From an uncultured delta proteobacterium (GTDB lineage: Bacteria; Myxococcota_A; Polyangia; Polyangiales; Houyiibacteriaceae): a DNA stretch of 64,000 nt. The number at the start of each line of letters is the position of its first letter. Positions within the stretch are counted from its first letter, which is position 1. Below the pieces are notes generated by a model. That model searched no databases. It had not been told where the DNA came from and saw nothing but the letters and a program-made list of their open reading frames with translations. The translations under genes were made by a program, and so were the position numbers. Where the stretch lies: NCBI GenBank assembly GCA_963699755.1, contig CAVOVB010000001.1:1248001-1312000 (forward strand). The letters are read 5' to 3'. Below are positions 56,478 to 64,000 of this stretch, in pieces.

Positions 56478-58112
56478 TCAGAAGAGGAACTGGAGCTGCA
56501 GGAGGAACGCAAAGCCGTTCCGTCGACCGGCCTCCCAGCGCTGTGCAACCCAAGCGGCTTCGGCGACCACCTTGAGACTGTTTCCGATGATGTGTGAGGT
56601 GCCTGCGATCGCCAGCTCATTGTTCGTGGTTTGCTCGCCGTTCTGGCCGTACTGCTGGAGCGCGGACGCCCGGTCCGTGGCAATTTCGATCTGAAACGCT
56701 CCGTAGCTGCTGCTGTCGCTCCGGAGCCAAGGGGTCAGGTAGGTCATGCTGTACCGAACTGCGAGCTCCCAGGTGACGGAGAACCGATAGCCCGTCTCCG
56801 CCATGAACCCGATCGGCCCAAAGAGGATCTTCCCTCCCTGCCAGGGCTTGTACCAAGCCAGGTAGCTGATGATGTTCATGTGCAGGTGCCTGATTTTGCC
56901 GAGCCACTCGGCGGAGAGTCGCAGCCCTAGGTCCTGCGCTGCGACGGGGCGCGCATCCCAGGCGATGCCCGCGCCCAGACTGTGGCGAAGCTCTTTGGAG
57001 CCCGTGACGTCACTATTGGTGTCGGTGTTGATCTCTCCGAAATTCTTTGCGACACGGCCGACGAGCTCGGGATGGAACGAGCTCACGACCTCCCCATCGC
57101 CGAAGTTCGATGGGTTATCGGGCGGGTTGCCGTAGACCTCGCTAATCGCCACGCCATGGGATGCCCGGGCGTTGACTCCGCTGAAGATCCCGGCGGCATA
57201 CTCCAGGTTGAGAAAGCCGCCGCTTGCCAGCATCTCGGCGCCAACCTGGCGTTCGGAGCCGAACATGCGCGTCGTAGGCGCCCAGTCGACGAGCGAAAGA
57301 GCGGCAAAGGATTGGGCGCGATATCGGTCGTAGGGGATCTTGAACTGACCCATGCGGAAGGTCGCGAACTTGAAGCGCGTGAACGAGAACCACATGTCGA
57401 TTAGCTCGAACGCGCTCGGCGTCATGTTGATTTGAAAACGGCTCTGGATCCGCCCGTCGATGAAGGAGCTCGACAAGGTCGTTCGAATCCGGCGAAATTC
57501 GAGCGTCGTGCTGGACGCGCTTGGAATCCCAGCGCCCGCAAACTGCTGCTCGTACTCGAGCTCCATTTGTGCGGCAAAGCCGATCCCGATCCAGTCCTCG
57601 GTCTTCCCCACCTTGATGCGAACGGGGCCAAGCCGCATCGGAAGCGTTCGGCCGGCAGGAGCCTCTCCCTCCGCTTCGGCAAGTGTCGTCGTGCTGGGCT
57701 CGGCGGCGAGTGCGTCCCCCGAGTCGTCGCCCGTTTCCTCGCTGATCGAGCCTTTTTCCCTGGCGACCTGCAGCGTGCCCTTCTTCTGCTCTTCCTTCTT
57801 TTCTTCCTCGGCGAGCTGGGCCTCGAGACAATCGAGGTCGCAGGCGTCCTCTTCGGTCGCGGTCTCACCCCCTACGTTGGCAGCCGGCCCCTGCTCGGTC
57901 TCGGTCAGCGACGGCTCGCCCCCGAGCTGCACGTTGTCCTCGCGATCGCCCTTGGGCTTCAGCAGGCGCGGGTGCTTGTCATCCGGCTCCGCTTCGGGCG
58001 CGGAGTCGGCGTCCCCCTGGCCTGGCGCAACGGCATCCGGCTCCTCGGCTAGCGCGGCCGAGGCACAACCCAGCATCATGATCGCCAGCATCGATCGTAC
58101 CTCGAAGCGCAT
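56478..58112 (-). CDS. OprO/OprP-like porin with long acidic N-terminal extension
   Basis: Signal peptide; EFRRIR, GQFKIPY, RQVGAE motifs; C-terminal Phe strand LLQLQFLF. Confidence 0.75.
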   Translation of the reverse strand: MRFEVRSMLAIMMLGCASAALAEEPDAVAPGQGDADSAPEAEPDDKHPRLLKPKGDREDNVQLGGEPSLTETEQGPAANVGGETATEEDACDLDCLEAQLAEEEKKEEQKKGTLQVAREKGSISEETGDDSGDALAAEPSTTTLAEAEGEAPAGRTLPMRLGPVRIKVGKTEDWIGIGFAAQMELEYEQQFAGAGIPSASSTTLEFRRIRTTLSSSFIDGRIQSRFQINMTPSAFELIDMWFSFTRFKFATFRMGQFKIPYDRYRAQSFAALSLVDWAPTTRMFGSERQVGAEMLASGGFLNLEYAAGIFSGVNARASHGVAISEVYGNPPDNPSNFGDGEVVSSFHPELVGRVAKNFGEINTDTNSDVTGSKELRHSLGAGIAWDARPVAAQDLGLRLSAEWLGKIRHLHMNIISYLAWYKPWQGGKILFGPIGFMAETGYRFSVTWELAVRYSMTYLTPWLRSDSSSYGAFQIEIATDRASALQQYGQNGEQTTNNELAIAGTSHIIGNSLKVVAEAAWVAQRWEAGRRNGFAFLLQLQFLF

Positions 58113-58162
58113 CGGCCCCAGGATGCCAGCCGACTAGCCCTTGGGACCAGTTTTTCGGGGGG

Positions 58163-58618
58163 CTATCGGCGAAGTCGATGCTTGAGGATCGCGGGCAGAC
58201 TCCGGCCCATCTCGCCGAGGAGCTTTGCCCAGCTGAACCGGTCGACCCAGTCGGCGACCAGGCCATCCTTGACGCGGAACTCGCCCTGGACGGGAAGGTT
58301 CATCGTCAGGCCGCCCCCCTCGAAGATGTCGATCCGGTCCGTGTAGACAACGCCGTCTCCACGCTCGTGGATGTCGGAGTACTGGACCTCGAAGCGGGTG
58401 GCATCCTTGAACATCGCTCTCAGCACCTTCTTGAAGCGGTTCTTGTTGGTGGAGGTCTTCCACGGGACGTTGACCCATCGGATGTCGTCCGAAACGAGTG
58501 CGGACGCTCCTTCCAGGTCTAGGCGCTCCAAAGCGGAGAGGAAGGCTTCGACGACTTGCTGAGGGGAACGCTCGCTCGGGGCTTCTGTCGTGGTGTGGTG
58601 GCCGATTTCGTTGGTCAT
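58163..58618 (-). CDS. Limonene-1,2-epoxide hydrolase / NTF2-like family protein
   Basis: QVVEAFL, WVNVP, VYTDRID, LPVQGEFRVKDGLVADWVD. Confidence 0.8.
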   Translation of the reverse strand: MTNEIGHHTTTEAPSERSPQQVVEAFLSALERLDLEGASALVSDDIRWVNVPWKTSTNKNRFKKVLRAMFKDATRFEVQYSDIHERGDGVVYTDRIDIFEGGGLTMNLPVQGEFRVKDGLVADWVDRFSWAKLLGEMGRSLPAILKHRLRR

Positions 58619-58630
58619 GGCCGGATCATA
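58619..58630 (-). promoter_or_regulatory. -10 box TATGAT 6 nt before the ATG (leaderless-type)
   Basis: Minus strand TATGAT-CCGGCC-ATG; no SD. Confidence 0.45.
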
Positions 58631-58707
58631 GCGAGATCGAAAGCGAAGAAAAGGGGCCGAGCCTCGATGCTCTCATAGAGCCCGGATTTGTGGTACTCCA
58701 CTCGTCC

Positions 58708-59919
58708 ATGGGGGCTCCCCCTCGCTCCGCCATTCAGCTCGCACTCGTGGCTCCGGCGATCGCCCTGGTCACCGCTTGTGCCCACGTGCCCAAGCGCTCC
58801 CCGCTTCCTGTCGACCACGTTTACGACGCCGAGGTCCTGGGGATTCCCCGCGCCCGCATGTGGGGGGATGCGCCTCCGCCCTGGGAGCCCGACTGGTTCG
58901 AGAGGAGCAAGGCGGAGCTCCAGGAACGATACTCCGGCGTGTTTGGCCGTCCTCACACCTATCTCGCGATTTCTGGCGGAGGCGAGAACGGCGCCTTTGC
59001 GGCCGGGATGCTCCTAGGCTGGACCGCGGCGGGGGATCGCCCGGAGTTCACCACAGTCACCGGAATCAGCGCCGGGGCGCTCGTGGCCCCTTTTGCGTTT
59101 CTTGGACCCGAGTACGACGAGGTCCTCAAGCGCGTCTCCTCGGAGCTCAAGGCGGGCGACGTCTACAAGAAGCGCGGCTTGATTCGGGCCCTTCGCACAG
59201 ATGCTATGGCCACCACCGAGCCGCTGCAAGCCCTGATCGCGAAGTACGTGGACGAAGAGGTCATCGAGAAGATTGCCGCGGCGCATCGCGAGGGGCGCTC
59301 GCTCAACATCGGCACGGCGAATCTCGACTCGATGAGGCCGGTCATTTGGCGCATCGGGCCGATCGCCAATAGTGGTCACCCCGATGCCCTGGCGCTCATC
59401 CGAAAGATCCTTCTCGCCTCCGCCTCCGTGCCCGCTGCGTTTTCTCCCGTGCTCATTCCGGTCGAGGTGGACGGTCGGACCTACGACGAGCTGCACGTCG
59501 ACGGCGGCGCTGCCTCGCAGGTGTTCCTCTACCCCGTCGGCGTCGACTACGATGAAGTGTTGACGAAGCTCCGGGTGCCCGGCCGCCCGAAGGTCTACAT
59601 CATTCGCAATTCCCGCCTCGACCCCATGTACGAGCAGGTCGAGAACAAGCTCTTCCCGATCGCTGGGCGCTCGCTCGCCTCCCTCATTCGCACGCAAGGC
59701 ATCGGCGACCTCTACCGCATATACCTCCAGACCTGTCGGGACGGGCTGGAGTTCAACCTCGCCTATATCCCTCCCGATTTCACTGCGAAGCCCGACGAAG
59801 AGTTCGATCGGGCCTACATGCAGGCGCTGTTCGACCTGGCCTACGAACGGAGCAAAGCCGGCTACCCCTGGTCGAAAATGCCGCCCGAGCTTCAGCAAGC
59901 CCCGATCGAGTGCCGATGA
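58708..59919 (+). CDS. Patatin-like phospholipase family lipoprotein
   Basis: Lipobox LVTAC; GGGENG, GISAG (GxSxG), DGG. Confidence 0.88.
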   Translation: MGAPPRSAIQLALVAPAIALVTACAHVPKRSPLPVDHVYDAEVLGIPRARMWGDAPPPWEPDWFERSKAELQERYSGVFGRPHTYLAISGGGENGAFAAGMLLGWTAAGDRPEFTTVTGISAGALVAPFAFLGPEYDEVLKRVSSELKAGDVYKKRGLIRALRTDAMATTEPLQALIAKYVDEEVIEKIAAAHREGRSLNIGTANLDSMRPVIWRIGPIANSGHPDALALIRKILLASASVPAAFSPVLIPVEVDGRTYDELHVDGGAASQVFLYPVGVDYDEVLTKLRVPGRPKVYIIRNSRLDPMYEQVENKLFPIAGRSLASLIRTQGIGDLYRIYLQTCRDGLEFNLAYIPPDFTAKPDEEFDRAYMQALFDLAYERSKAGYPWSKMPPELQQAPIECR

Positions 59920-59937
59920 GGAGCTTGCTTGCTGGCC

Positions 59938-59965
59938 TTGCTAGGCCCTGAGCTGGCTCTACGAT
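59938..59965 (+). promoter_or_regulatory. sigma70-type promoter TTGCTA-N16-TACGAT, 7 nt before the rhodanese ATG
   Basis: Hexamers at 59938-59943 and 59960-59965. Confidence 0.4.
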
Positions 59966-59972
59966 CTGGATC

Positions 59973-60425
59973 ATGCGAACACTTCTCCTCTCCCTTCTCC
60001 TCACCGTCGTCCTCGCGGGCTGCAGGGACGCCAAGCCATCGGCCGCGGCGGAGCCTGCCTCTGACCAGAAGTCCGAGCCAGCTTCCGAAGCCGCGGTTTC
60101 AATCATCTCGGTCGATGACGCCGACAAGGCACTTCAATCGGGTGCCGTTGCGGTGGATGCCAACTCCGACAGCACGCGCAAAAAGAATGGCACCGTGCCG
60201 AACGCTGTCCTTCTGACCTCGTCGTACAAGTACGACCTCGCGCAGCTACCAGACGACAAGAGCAAGGATCTGATCTTCTACTGCTCGAACACGAGCTGCA
60301 CCGCTTCGGACGCCGCTGCCGGGCGGGCCTCCACGAATGGATACAAAAACGTCCACATCATGCGTGAAGGCATCAAAGGCTGGAAAGACGCCGGCAAGGC
60401 CACCACCCCTTACCCGCAGAGCTAG
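59973..60425 (+). CDS. Single-domain rhodanese-like lipoprotein
   Basis: Lipobox LAGC; IFYCSNTSCTAS active-site loop; GIKGWKDAG. Confidence 0.85.
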   Translation: MRTLLLSLLLTVVLAGCRDAKPSAAAEPASDQKSEPASEAAVSIISVDDADKALQSGAVAVDANSDSTRKKNGTVPNAVLLTSSYKYDLAQLPDDKSKDLIFYCSNTSCTASDAAAGRASTNGYKNVHIMREGIKGWKDAGKATTPYPQS

Positions 60426-60447
60426 AAACGCAACCGGGCCGCAGCGG

Positions 60448-61848
60448 TCAGCGTTCCATCAGAGCGAGTAGGATCCGATCTGGCGCGTCTTCGAAACTAC
60501 CGTTCGACATGACTACGATCGTGTCCCCCGGACGCGCTTCAGCCGCTGCCGCGTCGACCGCTTCGCGAACGCTTCTGCACGCCCGTGCCTGCCCGCCACG
60601 AGCCACGATCGCTGCTGCGATCTCCTGCGTGTTGAGCTTCTCCTCCGAGGGGATCTCAGTCCGAGCTACCGGCGCCAATATGCAAACGTCTGCCGGCGCG
60701 AAGGCATCTGCATAGGCGTCCTGGTGCAAGCGCCGTGACGCGGTCGCACTCCTTGGTTCATAAAGCGCGATCAGTCTTCCCTTCATGCGCTCGCGGAAGC
60801 CGAACAGAGTTTCCTTCACAGCCGTCGGATGGTGCGCGAAGTCGTCGTAGACTTCCACTCCGTTGCTGATTCCGACGAGCTCTTGGCGACGCTTGGTTCC
60901 ACGAAAGCCGGGCACAGCGGCCATCAACTTGTCGAGAGGCGCGCCAGCGGCTTCGCATGCCATGGCAAGCGCCGCAACGGTGTTCCGCGCATTGTAGCGG
61001 CCCAGCAATGGCAGTTTGGCGCGCCCGCAGAGCGAGCCGCTCCCGAATAGGTCCATGGTGCCGCCCGGAGCGGGCATACCGAGCCACGTCGGGTGAATGT
61101 CGCCGCAATCGTCGCCGTCCAGTGCGTAGAAATGCACCTTGCAATGCGCGACGGAGGCGACCTCGCGGACCAGTGGGTCTCCCGCCCATGCGAAGAGCCA
61201 GCCGCCTCGAGGAATCAGCTCGACGAACCGACGAAACGCAGCGACGTATGCGTCCGCGTTGGGATAGATGTCGACGTGGTCGTACTCGATCGAGGTTAGA
61301 ATCGCGGCGCTTGGATGGTAGCTCCAGAACTTAGGCTCTTTTTCGAAGAACGCGCTGTCGTATTCGTCGCCCTCAACCACGAAGGGAGCGCCTTCGGACC
61401 CGAGGCGTGAGCTTCGATCGAAGTTCAATGCGATCCCCCCAATGAAGAAGCCGGCGTCTATCCCGGCCTGCCGAAGAAGGTATGCGAGCAACGTCGACGT
61501 CGTCGTCTTTCCATGTGTACCGGCAACGACCAAGGGCTTGCGCCGCGCAAGAACTTTTGCCGCGAGCGCTCCGGGCATCGATAGCGTCGGAAGCCCGCGA
61601 CTCATCGCCTCTTGGGCTTCGGGGTTGTCTCGCCTACAAACGTTGCCAACCACGACGAGATCCGGATTCGTGTCCAGGTTCTTGCTTCGCCAACCCTCGA
61701 GGCATTCGATGCCGAGCTCTGCCAGGTACGGGCCAACCGGCGGGTCAAACGCCGTGTCGCTCCCGCTGACGCGATGCCCCCCCTCGATCAGGAGCGCCGC
61801 GAGCGCGCTCATCCCCGTGCCTGCGATCCCGATCAGATGAACGTGCAT
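60448..61848 (-). CDS. mpl: UDP-N-acetylmuramate:L-alanyl-gamma-D-glutamyl-meso-diaminopimelate ligase (murein peptide ligase)
   Basis: GIAGTGM, AGTHGKTTTS, EGDEYDSAFFEK, DDFAHHPTA, EPRSAT, MSNG; GGAG SD. Confidence 0.88.
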   Translation of the reverse strand: MHVHLIGIAGTGMSALAALLIEGGHRVSGSDTAFDPPVGPYLAELGIECLEGWRSKNLDTNPDLVVVGNVCRRDNPEAQEAMSRGLPTLSMPGALAAKVLARRKPLVVAGTHGKTTTSTLLAYLLRQAGIDAGFFIGGIALNFDRSSRLGSEGAPFVVEGDEYDSAFFEKEPKFWSYHPSAAILTSIEYDHVDIYPNADAYVAAFRRFVELIPRGGWLFAWAGDPLVREVASVAHCKVHFYALDGDDCGDIHPTWLGMPAPGGTMDLFGSGSLCGRAKLPLLGRYNARNTVAALAMACEAAGAPLDKLMAAVPGFRGTKRRQELVGISNGVEVYDDFAHHPTAVKETLFGFRERMKGRLIALYEPRSATASRRLHQDAYADAFAPADVCILAPVARTEIPSEEKLNTQEIAAAIVARGGQARACRSVREAVDAAAAEARPGDTIVVMSNGSFEDAPDRILLALMER

Positions 61849-61894
61849 GCGCGCTCCAGATCACTGCAATTGCCATGCAATATTGGGTCCGGTG

Positions 61895-61922
61895 TTGACA
61901 GAGTCACTGCTGGTTCCATTAT
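61895..61922 (+). promoter_or_regulatory. sigma70-type promoter TTGACA-N16-CATTAT
   Basis: Perfect -35 at 61895-61900 in an AT-rich intergenic region, directly upstream of the small ORF. Confidence 0.5.
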
Positions 61923-61931
61923 GAAGGGAAC

Positions 61932-62081
61932 GTGGCCGAAAGTTCGAAAAAGTTTTCCGATCGGGTGCGCGAGGTGATGGATGCCTTGATCGACGCGCTC
62001 GAAGGCTTGCTCAGCCCGCCCCCGGTAGCCGTTCCGGTGCGCGTCAGGCCGCCACGTCTGCCTAGCAGACGCCGTCGCTGA
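61932..62081 (+). CDS. 49-aa small protein (amphipathic helix plus Pro/Val/Arg-rich tail; not in the ORF track)
   Basis: GTG start; MAESSKKFSDRVREVMDALIDALEGLLSPPPVAVPVRVRPPRLPSRRRR*; fills the gap between mpl and the Mo-enzyme gene. Confidence 0.6.
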   Translation: MAESSKKFSDRVREVMDALIDALEGLLSPPPVAVPVRVRPPRLPSRRRR

Positions 62082-62088
62082 GTCCGGG

Positions 62089-64000
62089 TCACTCGGCTGC
62101 GGCGACCCGTTCTGCGGCCTTGAGCGTCACGGGTACTCCGCTGAACGCTGCGTTTCCACTGAGCTCGTCGATCAGCTGGTCGTCGGTCAGGTCGTTGACG
62201 CTCACGCCCGGGTGATTCGTGGCAACGCCCAGCTTCACGCCTTCGCGACCATGACCGAAGCCGTGCGGGAGGCTTACGACCCCGGGCATCATGTCGGCTG
62301 TGATCTCGGCTGGAGCGGTAACCTCGCCGACGCGCGAGCGCAATGTGACCTCGTCACCGGCCTTCACACCGAATCGCTCGGCGTCGTCCGGGTGGATCAT
62401 CAGCGTGCACCGCGTCTTTCCCTTCATGAGTCGAGGGCTGTTGTGCATCCAGGAGTTGTTGCTGCGAAGGTGCCTGCGCCCGATGAGGAGGAGCTTGCCC
62501 TCCGGGGTGGCCGACACCTGGGAAGCGAATCGCGAACGAAGCCGCGCGAGGTCCTCTACGAAGAGCTGAGGCGCCAAGTCGATCGCGCCATGGGCTTCAG
62601 GGATCCGTTCCGGCAAACAACTCTGAAGGGGCCCGAGGTCGACTCCGTGTGATTCCTTCTTGAGCTTGCCGAGCGAAAGGCCGGCTCCGAGCGGGTTGAA
62701 TCGTCTTCCATAAGGGCCCAGTCGAAGGCCGAGGTCGAGCACACGCTCTGGGCCCGCCTTCTGCGCTGCCCGAGCCATCAAGTACTCCTTGCTCAGCTTT
62801 CCGTGACGCTTGGCCGCCATTCGGCAGCTCAGCTCGCTCAGGATCTCCCAGTCGTCGAGCTCGTCTTCGGCAGTAGCGAAGGGCGGTGGGGAGTAGTTCG
62901 CAGTATTGCGGACAGCCACCAGATTGAGGGCAAGGTCGTAGTGGCTCCGCTGAATCGGCGAGACCGGGGGTAGGATCAAGTCCGCGTGCCGGCTCGTCTC
63001 GTTGATGAAGAAATCGATCGCCAAGGTGAACTCGAGCGATTGGAACGCCTGGTCGAGGCGTCCGCCGTTCGGGGTCGACAGAATCGGGTTGCCCGCAAGG
63101 ATCACCATCGCCCGGATCTGCCCATCGCCCTCGGTGAGGATTTCTTCAGCCATCACCGACGACGGCAACTCGCCTCCAAACTCGGGCAAGCCCCGAACGC
63201 GACTGCGCCAACGTCCGTACGAGCCGCGTCCGAGGCCGAAACCCGCGATCTTCTGAAGGGAGTCGATCGCTGGGGTCGCGAACATCCAGCCACCGGGCTC
63301 GTCGAGGTTCCCAGTGACCGCGTTGAGGGCGTTGATGAGCCACATGTTGAGACCGCCGAACTCCTGCGTGCAGGCGCCCATTCGGCCATACGCGACGGCT
63401 GTGGCGGCGCCTTGCATCTCGCGCGCAAGCCGTTTTACCGTGGCTGCCGGAATTCCGGTGATCGCCTCGCTCGTTTCGGGTGGATACGTCTCGGCGATTT
63501 CGATCAGACGATCGAGGTTTTTCACGTGCGATTTCAATCGACCGAGGTCGACCCCCGAAGCGCACACTTCGTGCAGCATGCCGAGAAGGAACAGCGCGTC
63601 GGTACCCGGTTGGATGAAGACGTGCTCGTCCGCGATCTGCGCGGTCTCGGACCTCCGGGGGTCCACCACGACGACTTTGCCGCCGCGCTTGCCGATCGCT
63701 TCGAGACGCTTCTTGATTCCGGGGGCCGACATGAGGCTCCCGTTCGATGCAAGCGGGTTGGCGCCGATGAGCATCATGAAGTCGGTCCGATCGACGTCCG
63801 GCACGGGAAACAGCAACTGGTGCCCGTACATGAAGTACGAGGCGAACATGAGCGGCCACTGGTCACAGGAGCTTGCCGAGAACCGATTTTTGGTACCGAG
63901 CGCACGGAAAAACGCAGGGCCGTAGACGAGCGTTCCGAAATTGTGGGCGTTCGGGTTGCCGAAATAGAGCCCAACAGCGCTGAGGCCGCTCTCTTGCTGA
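62089..64000 (-). CDS. Molybdopterin (bis-MGD) oxidoreductase, 5'-truncated by window edge
   Basis: Frame is open to the window end (YFGNPNAH...FSASSCDQWP); GANPLASNGS, VDPRRSETA, RSNNSWMHN, IHPDDA, PGVVSLPHGFGH. Confidence 0.9.
   Translation of the reverse strand, partial: QQESGLSAVGLYFGNPNAHNFGTLVYGPAFFRALGTKNRFSASSCDQWPLMFASYFMYGHQLLFPVPDVDRTDFMMLIGANPLASNGSLMSAPGIKKRLEAIGKRGGKVVVVDPRRSETAQIADEHVFIQPGTDALFLLGMLHEVCASGVDLGRLKSHVKNLDRLIEIAETYPPETSEAITGIPAATVKRLAREMQGAATAVAYGRMGACTQEFGGLNMWLINALNAVTGNLDEPGGWMFATPAIDSLQKIAGFGLGRGSYGRWRSRVRGLPEFGGELPSSVMAEEILTEGDGQIRAMVILAGNPILSTPNGGRLDQAFQSLEFTLAIDFFINETSRHADLILPPVSPIQRSHYDLALNLVAVRNTANYSPPPFATAEDELDDWEILSELSCRMAAKRHGKLSKEYLMARAAQKAGPERVLDLGLRLGPYGRRFNPLGAGLSLGKLKKESHGVDLGPLQSCLPERIPEAHGAIDLAPQLFVEDLARLRSRFASQVSATPEGKLLLIGRRHLRSNNSWMHNSPRLMKGKTRCTLMIHPDDAERFGVKAGDEVTLRSRVGEVTAPAEITADMMPGVVSLPHGFGHGREGVKLGVATNHPGVSVNDLTDDQLIDELSGNAAFSGVPVTLKAAERVAAAE

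Noticed and set aside
61921..61977. 18-aa ATG-initiated ORF MKGTWPKVRKSFPIGCAR
   Set aside because: Its ATG overlaps the predicted -10 box; the 49-aa GTG ORF in another frame is more protein-like.
1..64000. tRNA, rRNA, transposase, integrase, prophage or known defence systems
   Set aside because: No recognisable signatures, and intergenic gaps are short. Covariance-model searches (Rfam, tRNAscan-SE) were not run, so small RNAs cannot be excluded.

Overview
High-GC, gene-dense bacterial DNA, probably Myxococcota/Polyangiales-like. That is an inference from the DUF1592/DUF1552 pairs, GGSGGT linkers, and FG-GAP and Cys-rich lipoproteins. About 52 CDS are supported, two of them truncated at the window edges. 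I see no rRNA, tRNA, CRISPR array or mobile element. Main blocks: (1) two gene pairs encoding a CxxCH protein plus a Tat-exported partner; (2) a PHM/DBH-like copper monooxygenase lipoprotein; (3) a surface-glycan locus (GT2, Wzx, SDR, RfbF, PIG-L, three C-methyltransferase paralogues, GT4) with a triplicated 1573-aa lectin-like lipoprotein embedded in it; (4) a HEAT + HEXXH + lipoprotein operon of unknown function; (5) the highlight, prpE-cbrX-cbrA-cbrB-[enhancer-like repeat + sigma54 promoter]-acs-DUF4212-actP-porin. This is a complete Pseudomonas-type CbrXAB module, including a 55-aa CbrX-like ORF missing from the ORF track. Its downstream sigma54 promoter points at acetate activation and uptake genes rather than the crcZ sRNA. 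A 49-aa small ORF, several operator-like palindromes and leaderless-type promoters were also found. All family calls come from motif recognition by eye; no database searches were run.
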